Positions 1 through 8,601 of a DNA stretch of 64,000 bases are shown in pieces. How positions within the stretch are numbered: position 1 is the first letter of the stretch; the number at the start of each line of letters is the position of its first letter. Location of the stretch: the NCBI GenBank assembly GCA_964472545.1, contig CAYYNP010000011.1:1-64000 (forward strand), written 5' to 3'. This DNA is from an uncultured Planctomycetaceae bacterium. Its GTDB lineage: Bacteria > Planctomycetota > Planctomycetia > Pirellulales > Thermoguttaceae. The translations under genes were made by a program, and so were the position numbers. The notes under the pieces were generated by a model. That model was not told where the DNA came from, ran no database searches, and was given only the letters and a program-made list of their open reading frames with translations.

Positions 1-165
1 GGAAAGCTGCCTCGTGGTGGAGTTATCGTGCCTCAAGCAGATACTCGTGAACTCGAAACTGACCGCTACGTTACCATCGCCGCAGCCGGTGGTCAACGAA
101 ATTCCGGGAGCGTGGGGCGGATTTCTGAAGAACGGCCCTAGCGGGGGGTGCGCCGTGAATCCCCG
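1..165. repeat. Copy A of a ~165-nt non-coding element that recurs at 22786..22950 (about 80 percent identical by eye). It runs off the window start and is a possible structured RNA or duplicated 5-prime leader.
   Basis: The first 34 nt are identical to 22786..22819, and there is a second conserved block, cgtggggcggatt(t)ctgaagaacggccct(a/g)gcggggg. Substitutions break any common reading frame. The ORFs at 14..199 and 22801..23013 share only their first 13 aa. Confidence 0.55.
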
Positions 166-725
166 TTTCCCGTGTGTCGCCACGGGTGCAAGCCTGTGAC
201 CGTCATGCTGCCGTCGCGGTGGAGGATGATCTCGCGGGTGGGGGCGGCGGCGAGGTCGTCGGCCGAGTGACGCGGCGTCAGGAGGTGGATCTGCTGGTTT
301 GTGGAACTCGCCAGACCGGCGTCCGCCTGCCGCGAGGCAACGTACCGGCCGGCGATCAGCACGTCGACCAGCGGGAGGATGCGCGGGCCCAGCGGGAGCT
401 CCTGGACTTCGTCGAGCGTGTAGCCGGTGAAGACCAAGCGGCCCAACGGTGCAGAATCGAGCCTCTCGAGCAGATCGAGCAGGGCGTCCGGTTGTTGGAA
501 GGGCTCGCCGCCGGAGACGCTGACGCCATCGATCTTGGGCCCGAGCGAGATGATCTCGCCGGCAAGCTGCTCGGTGTCGAACTCGACGCCGCCGCGCGGG
601 TCGTGCGTGGCCGGATTGAAACAGCCGGGGCAGCCGAGCGCGCAGCCTTGAAACCAGACGACCGCGCGGAGGCCCGGGCCGTTGGAACGGCTAGCCGGTT
701 CGAAGGCGTGCAGGCGGAACTTCAT
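138..725 (-). CDS. Radical SAM activating enzyme of the NrdG family (anaerobic ribonucleoside-triphosphate reductase activating protein family), 196 aa from the ATG at 725.
   Basis: SNGPGLRAVVWFQGCALGCPGCFNP matches the NrdG N-terminal NGPGxR..GC...CPGC(Y/F)N 4Fe-4S motif. VSVSGGEPF, LVFTGYTLDEV and STNQQIHLL match NrdG blocks. The ATG overlaps the upstream stop as ATGA. The upstream 157 codons of the track ORF overlap the FGE-like gene and are not used. Confidence 0.8.
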   Translation of the reverse strand: MKFRLHAFEPASRSNGPGLRAVVWFQGCALGCPGCFNPATHDPRGGVEFDTEQLAGEIISLGPKIDGVSVSGGEPFQQPDALLDLLERLDSAPLGRLVFTGYTLDEVQELPLGPRILPLVDVLIAGRYVASRQADAGLASSTNQQIHLLTPRHSADDLAAAPTREIILHRDGSMTVTGLHPWRHTGNGDSRRTPR

Positions 726-1507
726 GATTCGCGACGCCCTGGCGATTCGCCCGGCGATATCGCCACGCGAAACCCGGCCCCGTAGGCGTGGTACGTTGGC
801 CTGATCCGGTAGCGGCTCGTGCAGCGGAACGAGGGCGGGTGTCGGTTGTCGAACGAGCCGCCGCGTACGACACGGGCCTTCCCGCGTTCCGGAGAATCGA
901 AATCGCCGCCCCCGTATCGGGCCGAGACGTCGGGATGGTACCAGTCGGCACACCATTCCCACACATTGCCGCTCATCTGGTAATGCCCCCACCGGCTGCA
1001 GCCCTTGGCGAAGCTCCATACGCCGCACGTCGTCGCGCGGCGTTTGTTCTTGGCGTTGCGGCATCGGCTCCAGCGCCAGGTGTTGCCCCAAGGGTACTTG
1101 CGGCCGTCGAGGCCTCTGGCCGCTTTCTCCCACTCCAATTCGCTGGGCAATCGCAACCCGGCCCATTGGCAATAGGCCGCCGCGCCGTGCCAACTCACCT
1201 GCACCACGGGATGGTCGGCCTTGTCGCCGTCGGCCCGGTAGACGCCGTCCCTCTCATACACGAAGCAGTGTTGGTCCAAGAGGACCCACTGCTGAAGGGC
1301 ATCGTCGTTCGGGGCGGACTGTGTGAGAAACCGGGCATACTGTTCGTTCGTCACCGGGTGGATCGCCATGTAGAACGCCGCCGACTCCATCTCAAACCTC
1401 TCGTCGCCGGCCAGGAATCGCCCGCCGGGGACCAACAGCAAGAGGCTCCCGTCGGGGGCGTTCTCGATCAGCCAAGGCAGTGACGTCGTTGTCTGCGTGT
1501 TGGCCAT
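722..1507 (-). CDS. FGE-sulfatase (SUMF1/DUF323) domain protein, predicted catalytically inactive.
   Basis: [26 protein letters not shown] and GFRVA motifs of the FGE fold. The canonical Cys pair after GGSF (human FGE ..SFMCHRSYCY..) is replaced by FDNRHPPSF. The stop overlaps the start of the radical SAM gene. Confidence 0.85.
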   Translation of the reverse strand: MANTQTTTSLPWLIENAPDGSLLLLVPGGRFLAGDERFEMESAAFYMAIHPVTNEQYARFLTQSAPNDDALQQWVLLDQHCFVYERDGVYRADGDKADHPVVQVSWHGAAAYCQWAGLRLPSELEWEKAARGLDGRKYPWGNTWRWSRCRNAKNKRRATTCGVWSFAKGCSRWGHYQMSGNVWEWCADWYHPDVSARYGGGDFDSPERGKARVVRGGSFDNRHPPSFRCTSRYRIRPTYHAYGAGFRVAISPGESPGRRES

Positions 1508-1519
1508 GCGTGATCTGTC

Positions 1520-3091
1520 CTACGCATCGTCGGACTCGGCTGAGGCGAACCGCCATCTACCGCGGGCGTGACGTCGCAAGGCGGTGATCTTGTGCTCCAT
1601 CGACTCCGCCAACGGTACGGTCGTGGTAATAGATTGCTCGAGATGGCGGTCTTCCAGGGTGGTTGTTTCCCCTTCCGCGAAAGCTCCGTAGAGCGCCGAG
1701 ATCACGGCCTGCTCGAGCTCGGCCCCGGAGAAGCCGTCGCTCGCCCGCGCGTGCCGAGTGAGGTCGAAGGCGCGATGATCGCGCTGGTGTTTCTCTAGGT
1801 GGATGGCCAGGATATCGGTCCGCTCTTGAGGGCCCGGCAAATCGATGAAGAAGATCTCGTCGAAGCGGCCCTTGCGCAGCAACTCCGGCGGCAGGCCCTC
1901 GACGTCGTTGGCCGTGGCGATGGTGAAGACCTGCCTGGTGCTCTCCTCCATCCAGGTCAACAGCGTGCCGAACACGCGGGTCGACGTGCCCGAGTCGCCG
2001 CCGGGGCCGCGGCTTCCGGCCAGGCCCTTTTCGATCTCGTCGATCCACAGCACGCACGGGGCAACGGCTTCGGCCATCTTCAGCGCCCGACGGATGTTCT
2101 CTTCCGATTGACCCACCAAGGAACCGAAGACTCGGCCCAGGTCGAACCGCAGCAGCGGCATCTTCCACTCGGCCGATACGGCCTTGGCCGAGAGGCTCTT
2201 GCCGCAGCCGGGCACGCCGACCAGCAGGAGTCCTTTGGGGCTGGGCAGGCCGAACTGACGGGCAGCCTTGCTGAACGCTTTGCCCCGTTGGTGCAGCCAG
2301 GTCTTCAGATGCCCCAGCCCGCCGATGCTGCCGAACCGCTCCGGCGTCGAGTAGAACTCCAGGATGCCCGACTTGCGGATGATCTGCTCCTTCTCGGCCA
2401 ACAGCAGGTCGACGTCGGCGGCCGCCAGGCGGTGCCGGGTGACGACCACCTTGGCCAAGGCGTTTTCCGCTTCGGCCCGGGTCAACCCCAGCAGCGACTT
2501 GACGAGCTTCTCCCTCCCGTCGTCGGTCAGATCGATTTCGATCCGGCGATTGTCGCCGAGCTGTTCCACGGTGGCGTCGAGCACGCCGGCCAAGTCCCGT
2601 TCGTCGGGCATCGGCAAGTCGAGGACCGTGACGTCCTTCTCCAATTCCGTGGGCAGTTTCAACACGGGCGAGAGCAAGACGACCGTCTTTCGGCTGGCCT
2701 TGAACGGCGCGACCAGATCGCGAAGCTGGCGGACGGTCAACGCCGCGTTGCAGGCGCGCTCGTCGAGGAAGAAGTGAAAGTCCTCCAGCAGGAACACCCC
2801 CGGCTCCGCAAAGTCGAGCAGGTACGGCAAGATCCGTTGCGGGTCGGCCGTCTGGCGGTCGATCGCCTTGCCGTCGGCCGTGCAGAGCCCACGGGAGATC
2901 GACCAGACGTACGGCTGCCGCCCGCCGATCTCGCCGTCGGCCAGTGCTTCGGCCACCAGTTCGACCGCACGGTCTTCCTCGGGGGTGATCAGATAGAGCA
3001 GCGGGTAGCCGGCGCGAAGGTAGGTTCGCAGTTGCTCCTTGAACGGGCAGGGCGCCCGGGCGTCGTCCGATTGGCGGGGCTGACTCATCAT
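1520..3091 (-). CDS. AAA+ ATPase (paralog 1), 523 aa.
   Basis: Walker [17 protein letters not shown], Walker [11 protein letters not shown], then a sensor region. A ~270-aa N-terminal domain is paralogous to that of the ORF at 4537..6087. Confidence 0.85.
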   Translation of the reverse strand: MMSQPRQSDDARAPCPFKEQLRTYLRAGYPLLYLITPEEDRAVELVAEALADGEIGGRQPYVWSISRGLCTADGKAIDRQTADPQRILPYLLDFAEPGVFLLEDFHFFLDERACNAALTVRQLRDLVAPFKASRKTVVLLSPVLKLPTELEKDVTVLDLPMPDERDLAGVLDATVEQLGDNRRIEIDLTDDGREKLVKSLLGLTRAEAENALAKVVVTRHRLAAADVDLLLAEKEQIIRKSGILEFYSTPERFGSIGGLGHLKTWLHQRGKAFSKAARQFGLPSPKGLLLVGVPGCGKSLSAKAVSAEWKMPLLRFDLGRVFGSLVGQSEENIRRALKMAEAVAPCVLWIDEIEKGLAGSRGPGGDSGTSTRVFGTLLTWMEESTRQVFTIATANDVEGLPPELLRKGRFDEIFFIDLPGPQERTDILAIHLEKHQRDHRAFDLTRHARASDGFSGAELEQAVISALYGAFAEGETTTLEDRHLEQSITTTVPLAESMEHKITALRRHARGRWRFASAESDDA

Positions 3092-3282
3092 TCGTACTCG
3101 CGATCGTACTCGGATTCCGATTCGGTCTGGTGGTACTCGGGCTTGAGTTCGCGCTCGTCGAGCGGGGTGCCCAGACGCTGTTCCAACTCGCGCGTGAACT
3201 CGACACAGTCTGGCCCGACGGCCCCCAGGACCTCGACCTTCTGGGTGCCGTTCTTGCGGAGGGTGATCTTGATCTTTCTCAT
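3088..3282 (-). CDS. DUF2997-like small protein, 64 aa.
   Basis: MRKIKITLRKNGTQKVEVLGAVGPDCVEFTRELEQRLG...ELKPEY fits the remembered DUF2997 pattern (I..kdG.v.veV.G..G..C...T..lE..LG....e.tpEy). The stop overlaps the AAA+ start as ATGA. Confidence 0.6.
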   Translation of the reverse strand: MRKIKITLRKNGTQKVEVLGAVGPDCVEFTRELEQRLGTPLDERELKPEYHQTESESEYDREYE

Positions 3283-3312
3283 CGCTGATGGTCCTTCTCG
3301 GGTTTCGCGTCG

Positions 3313-3723
3313 TCAGCCGCGTTCGGATAAGACGATCACCGTGTCGCCGTTTTCGAGCGTCTCTTCCGATTCGACGACCAGATCCTGCTCGCGAATCTGA
3401 TCCTGGATCACTTGGTAAGCGTAGCAGCGTTTCAACTCCGCAAGCAGCGCGCGGACTCGTTGACTTTGGCGATCGTACTCCGAAACGACCGCCTCGTATT
3501 CACCGGACGGCAGCCGCCGGAATCCCAGGTCGTTGCTCGCGTTGCCGACGAACTCCCTGCGGACGATCACCTCGGCGGTCTCCGGCCGGACGTCTCCCTC
3601 GAAGCCGTAGAGGTGCTGCGGCTTGTCGTACTGCTCCACGTGCGTGAAGCCCATCTCGTCAAGCGCCTGCAAGAGGAGCGGCAATTCACGGATCTGTGTG
3701 CGGACGAGCGTGTAATGGGACAT
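3313..3723 (-). CDS. DUF1257 (Ycf35-like) protein, 137 aa from the ATG at 3723.
   Basis: MSHYTLVRTQIRELPLLLQALDEMGFT resembles the Ycf35/DUF1257 N-terminus MSHFT.IKTQIRD...L..LGF. The upstream part of the 205-aa track ORF overlaps the FGE-like gene at 3764..4540 in another frame and is excluded. Confidence 0.65.
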   Translation of the reverse strand: MSHYTLVRTQIRELPLLLQALDEMGFTHVEQYDKPQHLYGFEGDVRPETAEVIVRREFVGNASNDLGFRRLPSGEYEAVVSEYDRQSQRVRALLAELKRCYAYQVIQDQIREQDLVVESEETLENGDTVIVLSERG

Positions 3724-3763
3724 GGCAAAGTCTCCTTGGCCCGCTGGGGCAGGTTGGTTGGAT

Positions 3764-4540
3764 TCACTCGTCGAGGCTTCTGGCCACCCGAAACCCGAAG
3801 CATCCGCGGTAGCCCGGCAGGATGCCGTGACGGCAAAGCGCGCAGCGGAAGAAGCCGGGAAAGTCGAGATAGAACGACCCGCCGCGCAACACGCGTCGTG
3901 TCGCCGCGTCACCGGAGCGTGCCGTTGCACGCTTCTCGTACAAGTCGGCGCACCACTCCCACACGTTGCCGCTCATCTGATAGTGCCCCCAAGGGCCACA
4001 CCCGTCGGGATACTCCCACACGCTGCACGTGGTCTGCTCACCCTTGTTTTTGTCGTTGCGGCATTTGCTCGGGTCCCACTCGTAGCCCCAGGGATACTCT
4101 CGGCCGTCGACGCCCCGGGCCGCCTTTTCCCACTCGAGCTCCGTCGGCAGCCGCAGCCCGGCCCAACGGCAATAGGCGTTGGCGTCGTCCCAGTCGACGC
4201 AGACGACCGGATGGTCCCGTCGGTCGGCCGGAAACCGCCTACCCCGCCAGACAGGGTCGCCATAATCGCTCCTGTCCGGCGGGCGGTGCCGGGTGGCGTC
4301 GACGAATCGCTTGTACTGCGCGTTGGTGACCGGCGTGATCCCCAGGTAGTACGGCGGCAACACGACCTCGGCCTTCTGCTGGCCGGCCAGGAACTTCCCG
4401 GCCGGAACCAACAGCAAGATACTCCCGTCGGCGTCGTTCGTCAGGAGCATCTGCCCGAACTGTTCGACGGACCGCTGGGGCATCAAATCCCACGGGCTAA
4501 GCGTGGGCCACCCGGCATAGGTTTGCAGCGACTGCTTCAC
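3764..4540 (-). CDS. FGE-sulfatase domain protein (paralog 2), predicted inactive. Start is assigned to the GTG at 4540.
   Basis: C-terminal 258 aa of the 560-aa track [41 protein letters not shown] and RVLRGGSF are present. Its N-terminus aligns with that of the gene at 6084..6932. GTGA overlaps the AAA+ stop. An alternative ATG at 4483 is possible. After GGSF the sequence is [13 protein letters not shown], so there is no canonical Cys pair. Confidence 0.8.
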   Translation of the reverse strand: MKQSLQTYAGWPTLSPWDLMPQRSVEQFGQMLLTNDADGSILLLVPAGKFLAGQQKAEVVLPPYYLGITPVTNAQYKRFVDATRHRPPDRSDYGDPVWRGRRFPADRRDHPVVCVDWDDANAYCRWAGLRLPTELEWEKAARGVDGREYPWGYEWDPSKCRNDKNKGEQTTCSVWEYPDGCGPWGHYQMSGNVWEWCADLYEKRATARSGDAATRRVLRGGSFYLDFPGFFRCALCRHGILPGYRGCFGFRVARSLDE

Positions 4541-6087
4541 GTTTCGATGATCCTCCCGGTCGGGCTGCGGCGGTCTTGTTCCTCTCTCGACGCCGGAGCC
4601 GCGCGGCCTTCGGTCTTCCAACGGCGCAGGCTTTCGATCTCCTCGGTGTGCGATTCGCTGATCGGCACGGTCTCCTGCAAGGCGGCCAGCAGGTCGCGTT
4701 GCTCGATCTCGCGATTTTCGTCGGCGAAGGCGGTGAATTGGGCCTCGCGCACCGCCCGCTCGATCTCGCGGCCCACCATGCCGCGGCTCTTGGCGACCAA
4801 TTCGTCGAGGTCGAACTCCCGTTCCGGGAATGCGGTGCCGGCGCCGCGCAGATGGATCAGGAAGATCGCCCGGCGTTCGTCGGCGTGGGGCAGGTCGAGA
4901 AAGAACGTGCGATCGAAACGGCCCATCAACTCCGGCGGCAGGGCGGTCACGTCGTTGGCCGTGGCCACCACGAAAACCGGCGTGCGGTGCTCCTGCATCC
5001 AGGTCAGAAACGTGCCGAAGACCCGCGTGGCGGCCCCGCTGTTGAGCGTGTTGGCCCCGGTGCCGGCGAAGGCCTTCTCGATCTCGTCGATCCAGAGGAT
5101 GCACGGGCTGACCGTTTCGGCGAGCATGATCGCCTTGCGCATGTTCTGTTCGCTTTCGCCCAACAGCGAGCCGAAGAGCGTGCCCACGTCCAATCGCAGA
5201 AGCGGCAACTTCCACAACCCGGAGAGCATCTTGGCCGAGAGGCTCTTGCCGGTGCCGGGGATGCCGATCAGGGCCACGCCGCGCGGGAAGGGCAACCCGG
5301 CCTCGCGGGCCTCGCCGCCGAATCCGGCCTCGCGCTTCTTCAGCCAGACCTTCATCAGGTCCAATCCGCCCACGTCCGCCTCGCCCGCGTCGGCCGGCCA
5401 GAACTCCAACGCCCCGCTCTGCCGGATCACTTCCCGCTTGGCCCAAGTGACCAACTCGATACCCCGCTCATCGAAGACGTGATGATGGGCCCAAACCCGC
5501 GAGAAGGCAAGCCGGGCCTGGTTGGTCGTCAGCCCCAGGGCCGATTGGACGAGCTTGTCTTGTACTTGGGGTTCGGGCAGCTTCGAACGGTCGAGCTTGG
5601 CGGTCACCTCCTCGAACAACCGCCGCAGCTCCTTCCGCCCGGGCAAGGGCACGTGCAACACGACCACGTCGTCGCGCAACTCCAGCGGCAGGTCGTGCTC
5701 CGGCGGCAGCGGCGGCGTGGTGAAGATCAGGTACTGACTCTGCGCACGCAGCCGCCGGGCCATGTTGCGCAGCTTACGGGTGATGATCGAACGCCGCTGA
5801 TTCCACGAGTGATGGAAGTCCTTCAGCACCAGCACGCAGCCGGGGGGCATCTTCTCGGCCACGTGCCGCAACACCGTCTCGGTGGTGCAGTCCTTCGGCG
5901 GAAACGGCTCCCGCCCGGCACGATGGTCGCGGAAGCCGTCGGCGACGTCCCAACTGGTGATCCCCAGTTCGCGGGCCGATTCGATCTCCCCCAACGTCCG
6001 CAGCACCCGGTCTTCCTCGTAAGTGACCAGATGGAGCATCGGCACGTGGGCCGCAAGCAGGGCGTTAAGTTCTTCTTTGAGGTTCAT
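4537..6087 (-). CDS. AAA+ ATPase (paralog 2), 516 aa.
   Basis: Walker [16 protein letters not shown] and Walker [11 protein letters not shown]. The N-terminal domain [15 protein letters not shown] is similar to paralog 1. ATGA overlap with the upstream FGE-like stop. Confidence 0.85.
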   Translation of the reverse strand: MNLKEELNALLAAHVPMLHLVTYEEDRVLRTLGEIESARELGITSWDVADGFRDHRAGREPFPPKDCTTETVLRHVAEKMPPGCVLVLKDFHHSWNQRRSIITRKLRNMARRLRAQSQYLIFTTPPLPPEHDLPLELRDDVVVLHVPLPGRKELRRLFEEVTAKLDRSKLPEPQVQDKLVQSALGLTTNQARLAFSRVWAHHHVFDERGIELVTWAKREVIRQSGALEFWPADAGEADVGGLDLMKVWLKKREAGFGGEAREAGLPFPRGVALIGIPGTGKSLSAKMLSGLWKLPLLRLDVGTLFGSLLGESEQNMRKAIMLAETVSPCILWIDEIEKAFAGTGANTLNSGAATRVFGTFLTWMQEHRTPVFVVATANDVTALPPELMGRFDRTFFLDLPHADERRAIFLIHLRGAGTAFPEREFDLDELVAKSRGMVGREIERAVREAQFTAFADENREIEQRDLLAALQETVPISESHTEEIESLRRWKTEGRAAPASREEQDRRSPTGRIIET

Positions 6088-6932
6088 ATCAGGTCCTGCT
6101 TAGTGGAGCGTCGTCCGCCGTCGACGTGAACCGCCCTGGCTACGCGAAAACCGATCAGCGAGCGGCGATGCGGTGGAGCGTGGTCGCGATGGTCGCCGCG
6201 GAAGAGAGTCGGATTGCCGCGGGCGAACGACCCGCCGCGGACCACGCGAGACGTTCCCTCGTCCGGCGAGGCAAGGTCTCCTCGACGATAACGGTGGTAC
6301 GCCGCAGGGTCGTACCTGTCGGCACACCACTCCCACGCGTTGCCGCTGAGGCCGTAATGTCCCCACGTGCTGCAACCGGCCGGATAATCCCAGACGTCGC
6401 ACACCGCCTCGCCGTCGCGGTTCTGTTGGTTGCGGCATCGGGCGGCGTCCCATTGGTTTCCCCAAGGGTACTCTCGACCGTCGACGCCGCGGGCGGCCTT
6501 CTCCCACTCGAGTTCCGTCGGCAGCCGCAACTTGGCCCAACGGCAATACGCGACCGCGTCGGTCCAACCGACTTGCATCACCGGATGCCGGGCCTGCTGC
6601 TGCGGCAGATGCGTCCCCCGCCACGCCGCGTCGCCGACGTCGGCCCGGTTCGGACGGCGATGTCCGGTGGCCACGACGAATCGCTGGTACTGCAAGTTCG
6701 TCACCGGCGTGATCCCGAGATAATACGGCGGAAGTTCGACCTCAAACCTCTCCTTGCCCGCCAGAAACTTCCCGCCGGGCACCAGCACCAGCGTACTGCG
6801 GTCGATCGGGTTGACATAGAGCATCTGCTGATATCGCCGCGCAAAGTCGCCCGAAAGCACGTCCCAGGTCGTCAGCGTGGGCCAGTCGGTGTTCGTGGTT
6901 GGCAGTGTGCTCATCGGTTCGAGTTCGTTCAA
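6084..6932 (-). CDS. FGE-sulfatase domain protein (paralog 3), predicted inactive.
   Basis: [50 protein letters not shown] and IGFRVARA are present. There are no Cys residues at all after GGSF (ARGNPTLFRGDHRDH). Confidence 0.85.
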   Translation of the reverse strand: MNELEPMSTLPTTNTDWPTLTTWDVLSGDFARRYQQMLYVNPIDRSTLVLVPGGKFLAGKERFEVELPPYYLGITPVTNLQYQRFVVATGHRRPNRADVGDAAWRGTHLPQQQARHPVMQVGWTDAVAYCRWAKLRLPTELEWEKAARGVDGREYPWGNQWDAARCRNQQNRDGEAVCDVWDYPAGCSTWGHYGLSGNAWEWCADRYDPAAYHRYRRGDLASPDEGTSRVVRGGSFARGNPTLFRGDHRDHAPPHRRSLIGFRVARAVHVDGGRRSTKQDLI

Positions 6933-6945
6933 GTGCGGCCTTTCG

Positions 6946-8601
6946 TCACAGGCGAACGACCGGGTGTTCCTCCAGCAACGTCTTTCCGGAGAGATTATCC
7001 AACACCGTAACCAACAGCCGACGGTGGCCGTCGACCTGAAACGAGCAGAGGAAACGCTGGGCGTCTCGCGGCAGACTGACGGGCGGGTCGGCGACGATGA
7101 ACGTGGGATTCTCGCGATTCAAGCAGAAATGACCGAACTCCGTGACCACGTGGCTGTCGTCGTTGAGCACGCCGTCGGCGTCGACCAGATCGATCGTGGC
7201 ACGGCGGGGCTTCATCCGCGAGACCTCGAAGATCTTCAGACCGATCCGCGTCATTCCGTCATAGCTGCCGCGGGCCCAAAGCCGGACCGCGTCGGGCCCG
7301 GTGGGGTATTCGGTGCCGGTGGAGAACATCGGCTTGAACTCGTAGTCGCGCCGCTGGGCGTTGTAGCTCTCGATGGCGTAGTCGTGCTGCAAGATCGGTA
7401 CCACAACGCCGCGGCAGGCACCGCGAACCACGGCGTCGAACGGGTTGCCCAGCACGGCACGGCCGTCGAACGCGTCGATCAGCAACCGCCGCACGCAGGG
7501 CACCAGGCTGGTGCCGCCGGTGACCAGCACCTTGACCACGTCGTCGCGCCGCACGCCCGCTTTGATCGCCGCGTTCTCCAACGCCCGATCGATCGTTTGC
7601 CGGACCTGTTCGAGAAAGCCCGCCTTCGCCACCAAACAACCGAAGCAGGCCTCGTCCGACTGCGGGTGATCGCCCACAGAGCCTTGGCCACACTGCGGGC
7701 AGTTGCGTCGATACGTGGTTCGCATCAGCCGCCCGTGCGCGCCGGCGCCCTCGGACACGGAAACGTCGGCCTGCGTCTTGGCCGGATCGGAAAGCGTGAC
7801 TTTGGCCTCTTCCACCTGCCGCAGCACGACGGCCTGCAACCGGCGCCGTTGGCCGTCGTCGATGGCGTGCCGCCGGCAGAAATCGTCGGCCAGATAGCGG
7901 TCGAGGTCCATGCCGCCGAGGTCTTGGCCGGCCCGGCCGAGTTGAATCGCCTTGCGGTCCGACGCGGCCGCGAAATCAACGCGGACCACGGCCACGTCGA
8001 GCGATCCGCAGCCAAAGTCGAAGACCACGAAGCGATCTTCCTTGCGGGCGGCGCCGTGAAATCCCAGGATGCAAGCCGTCGGCTCGTCGAGCAGCCGCAG
8101 CCGGCGGATCCCCACCGCCTCGGCCACCCGGCGGATCCAGTCCTCGAAGTTCTCGAACGCCTCGGTCGGGGCCGTGAACGTGAACTCGTCGTCTTCCAGC
8201 GAAATCCGATCCGAAGCGTAGCGGAGCAGTAGGGTGAGGAAGTCCTCGCCCGCCTGCGCCGGGCTCTTGTGGCCCTGGGCAGTCTTCTTTCGCCGCGTGG
8301 CGCCGTGGGCAATCCCGCGTTTCATCCAGCGGAACGTGTCGCGATGTTCGGCCAGGCCGCGGGCGAGGACCTGATTGCCGATGAGCGTCTCGGTCTGCGA
8401 ATAGTGGATTAACGAGGGCGTTACCGGAACCAAGAGCCTCCGATCCGCTTGCTGCCGGTTCGGGATGAACTCCATCGCGGCCATGATGCCGGGAATCTCG
8501 ATCGTCTCGACACGCTCGGTCGTCTCGTCGAAGCGTGCCAGGACGGTGTTGGCGGTGCCGAAGTCGACGGCGACTTTACTCACGTTGCGGCTCCTCTGCA
8601 T
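6946..8601 (-). CDS. Hsp70-family ATPase (DnaK-like nucleotide-binding domain plus a beta-SBD-like C-terminus) with a 4-Cys insert, ~552 aa.
   Basis: VAVDFGTANTVLA (phosphate-1), LLDEPTACILGF (IINEPTAAA-like), VVFDFGCGSLDVAVV (DLGGGTFDVS-like) and VLVTGGTSLVPCVRRLL (adenosine motif). The C-terminal TIDLVDADGVLN resembles Hsp70 FDIDANGILN. CPQC..(14)..CFGC is inserted in the NBD. The ATG at 8601 overlaps the upstream gene, and a GTG at 8583 is an alternative start. Confidence 0.75.
   Translation of the reverse strand: MQRSRNVSKVAVDFGTANTVLARFDETTERVETIEIPGIMAAMEFIPNRQQADRRLLVPVTPSLIHYSQTETLIGNQVLARGLAEHRDTFRWMKRGIAHGATRRKKTAQGHKSPAQAGEDFLTLLLRYASDRISLEDDEFTFTAPTEAFENFEDWIRRVAEAVGIRRLRLLDEPTACILGFHGAARKEDRFVVFDFGCGSLDVAVVRVDFAAASDRKAIQLGRAGQDLGGMDLDRYLADDFCRRHAIDDGQRRRLQAVVLRQVEEAKVTLSDPAKTQADVSVSEGAGAHGRLMRTTYRRNCPQCGQGSVGDHPQSDEACFGCLVAKAGFLEQVRQTIDRALENAAIKAGVRRDDVVKVLVTGGTSLVPCVRRLLIDAFDGRAVLGNPFDAVVRGACRGVVVPILQHDYAIESYNAQRRDYEFKPMFSTGTEYPTGPDAVRLWARGSYDGMTRIGLKIFEVSRMKPRRATIDLVDADGVLNDDSHVVTEFGHFCLNRENPTFIVADPPVSLPRDAQRFLCSFQVDGHRRLLVTVLDNLSGKTLLEEHPVVRL

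Noticed and set aside
14-199. Small plus-strand ORFs MVELSCL(K/G)QILVNS... at 14..199 and 22801..23013, as a possible conserved peptide.
   Set aside because: The two copies share nucleotide identity but the amino-acid sequences diverge after 13 residues because substitutions are not frame-consistent. I treat the region as a non-coding repeat.
138-1193. Full 351-aa ORF as the radical SAM gene.
   Set aside because: The upstream 156 codons overlap the FGE-like gene in another frame and lack NrdG homology. The ATG at 725 sits exactly on the upstream stop (ATGA) and gives the expected ~200-aa NrdG-size protein.
1557-3206. 549-aa and 533-aa ORFs overlapping the AAA+ gene in other frames (1557..3206 minus, 1799..3400 plus).
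   Set aside because: They have extreme Arg/Gly/Pro composition. The AAA+ frame carries Walker A/B motifs, so the alternatives are artefacts.
3764-5446. N-terminal ~300 codons of the 560-aa ORF.
   Set aside because: They overlap the AAA+ gene at 4537..6087 out of frame and are Arg-rich. Only the C-terminal FGE-like part (3764..4540) aligns to its paralogs.
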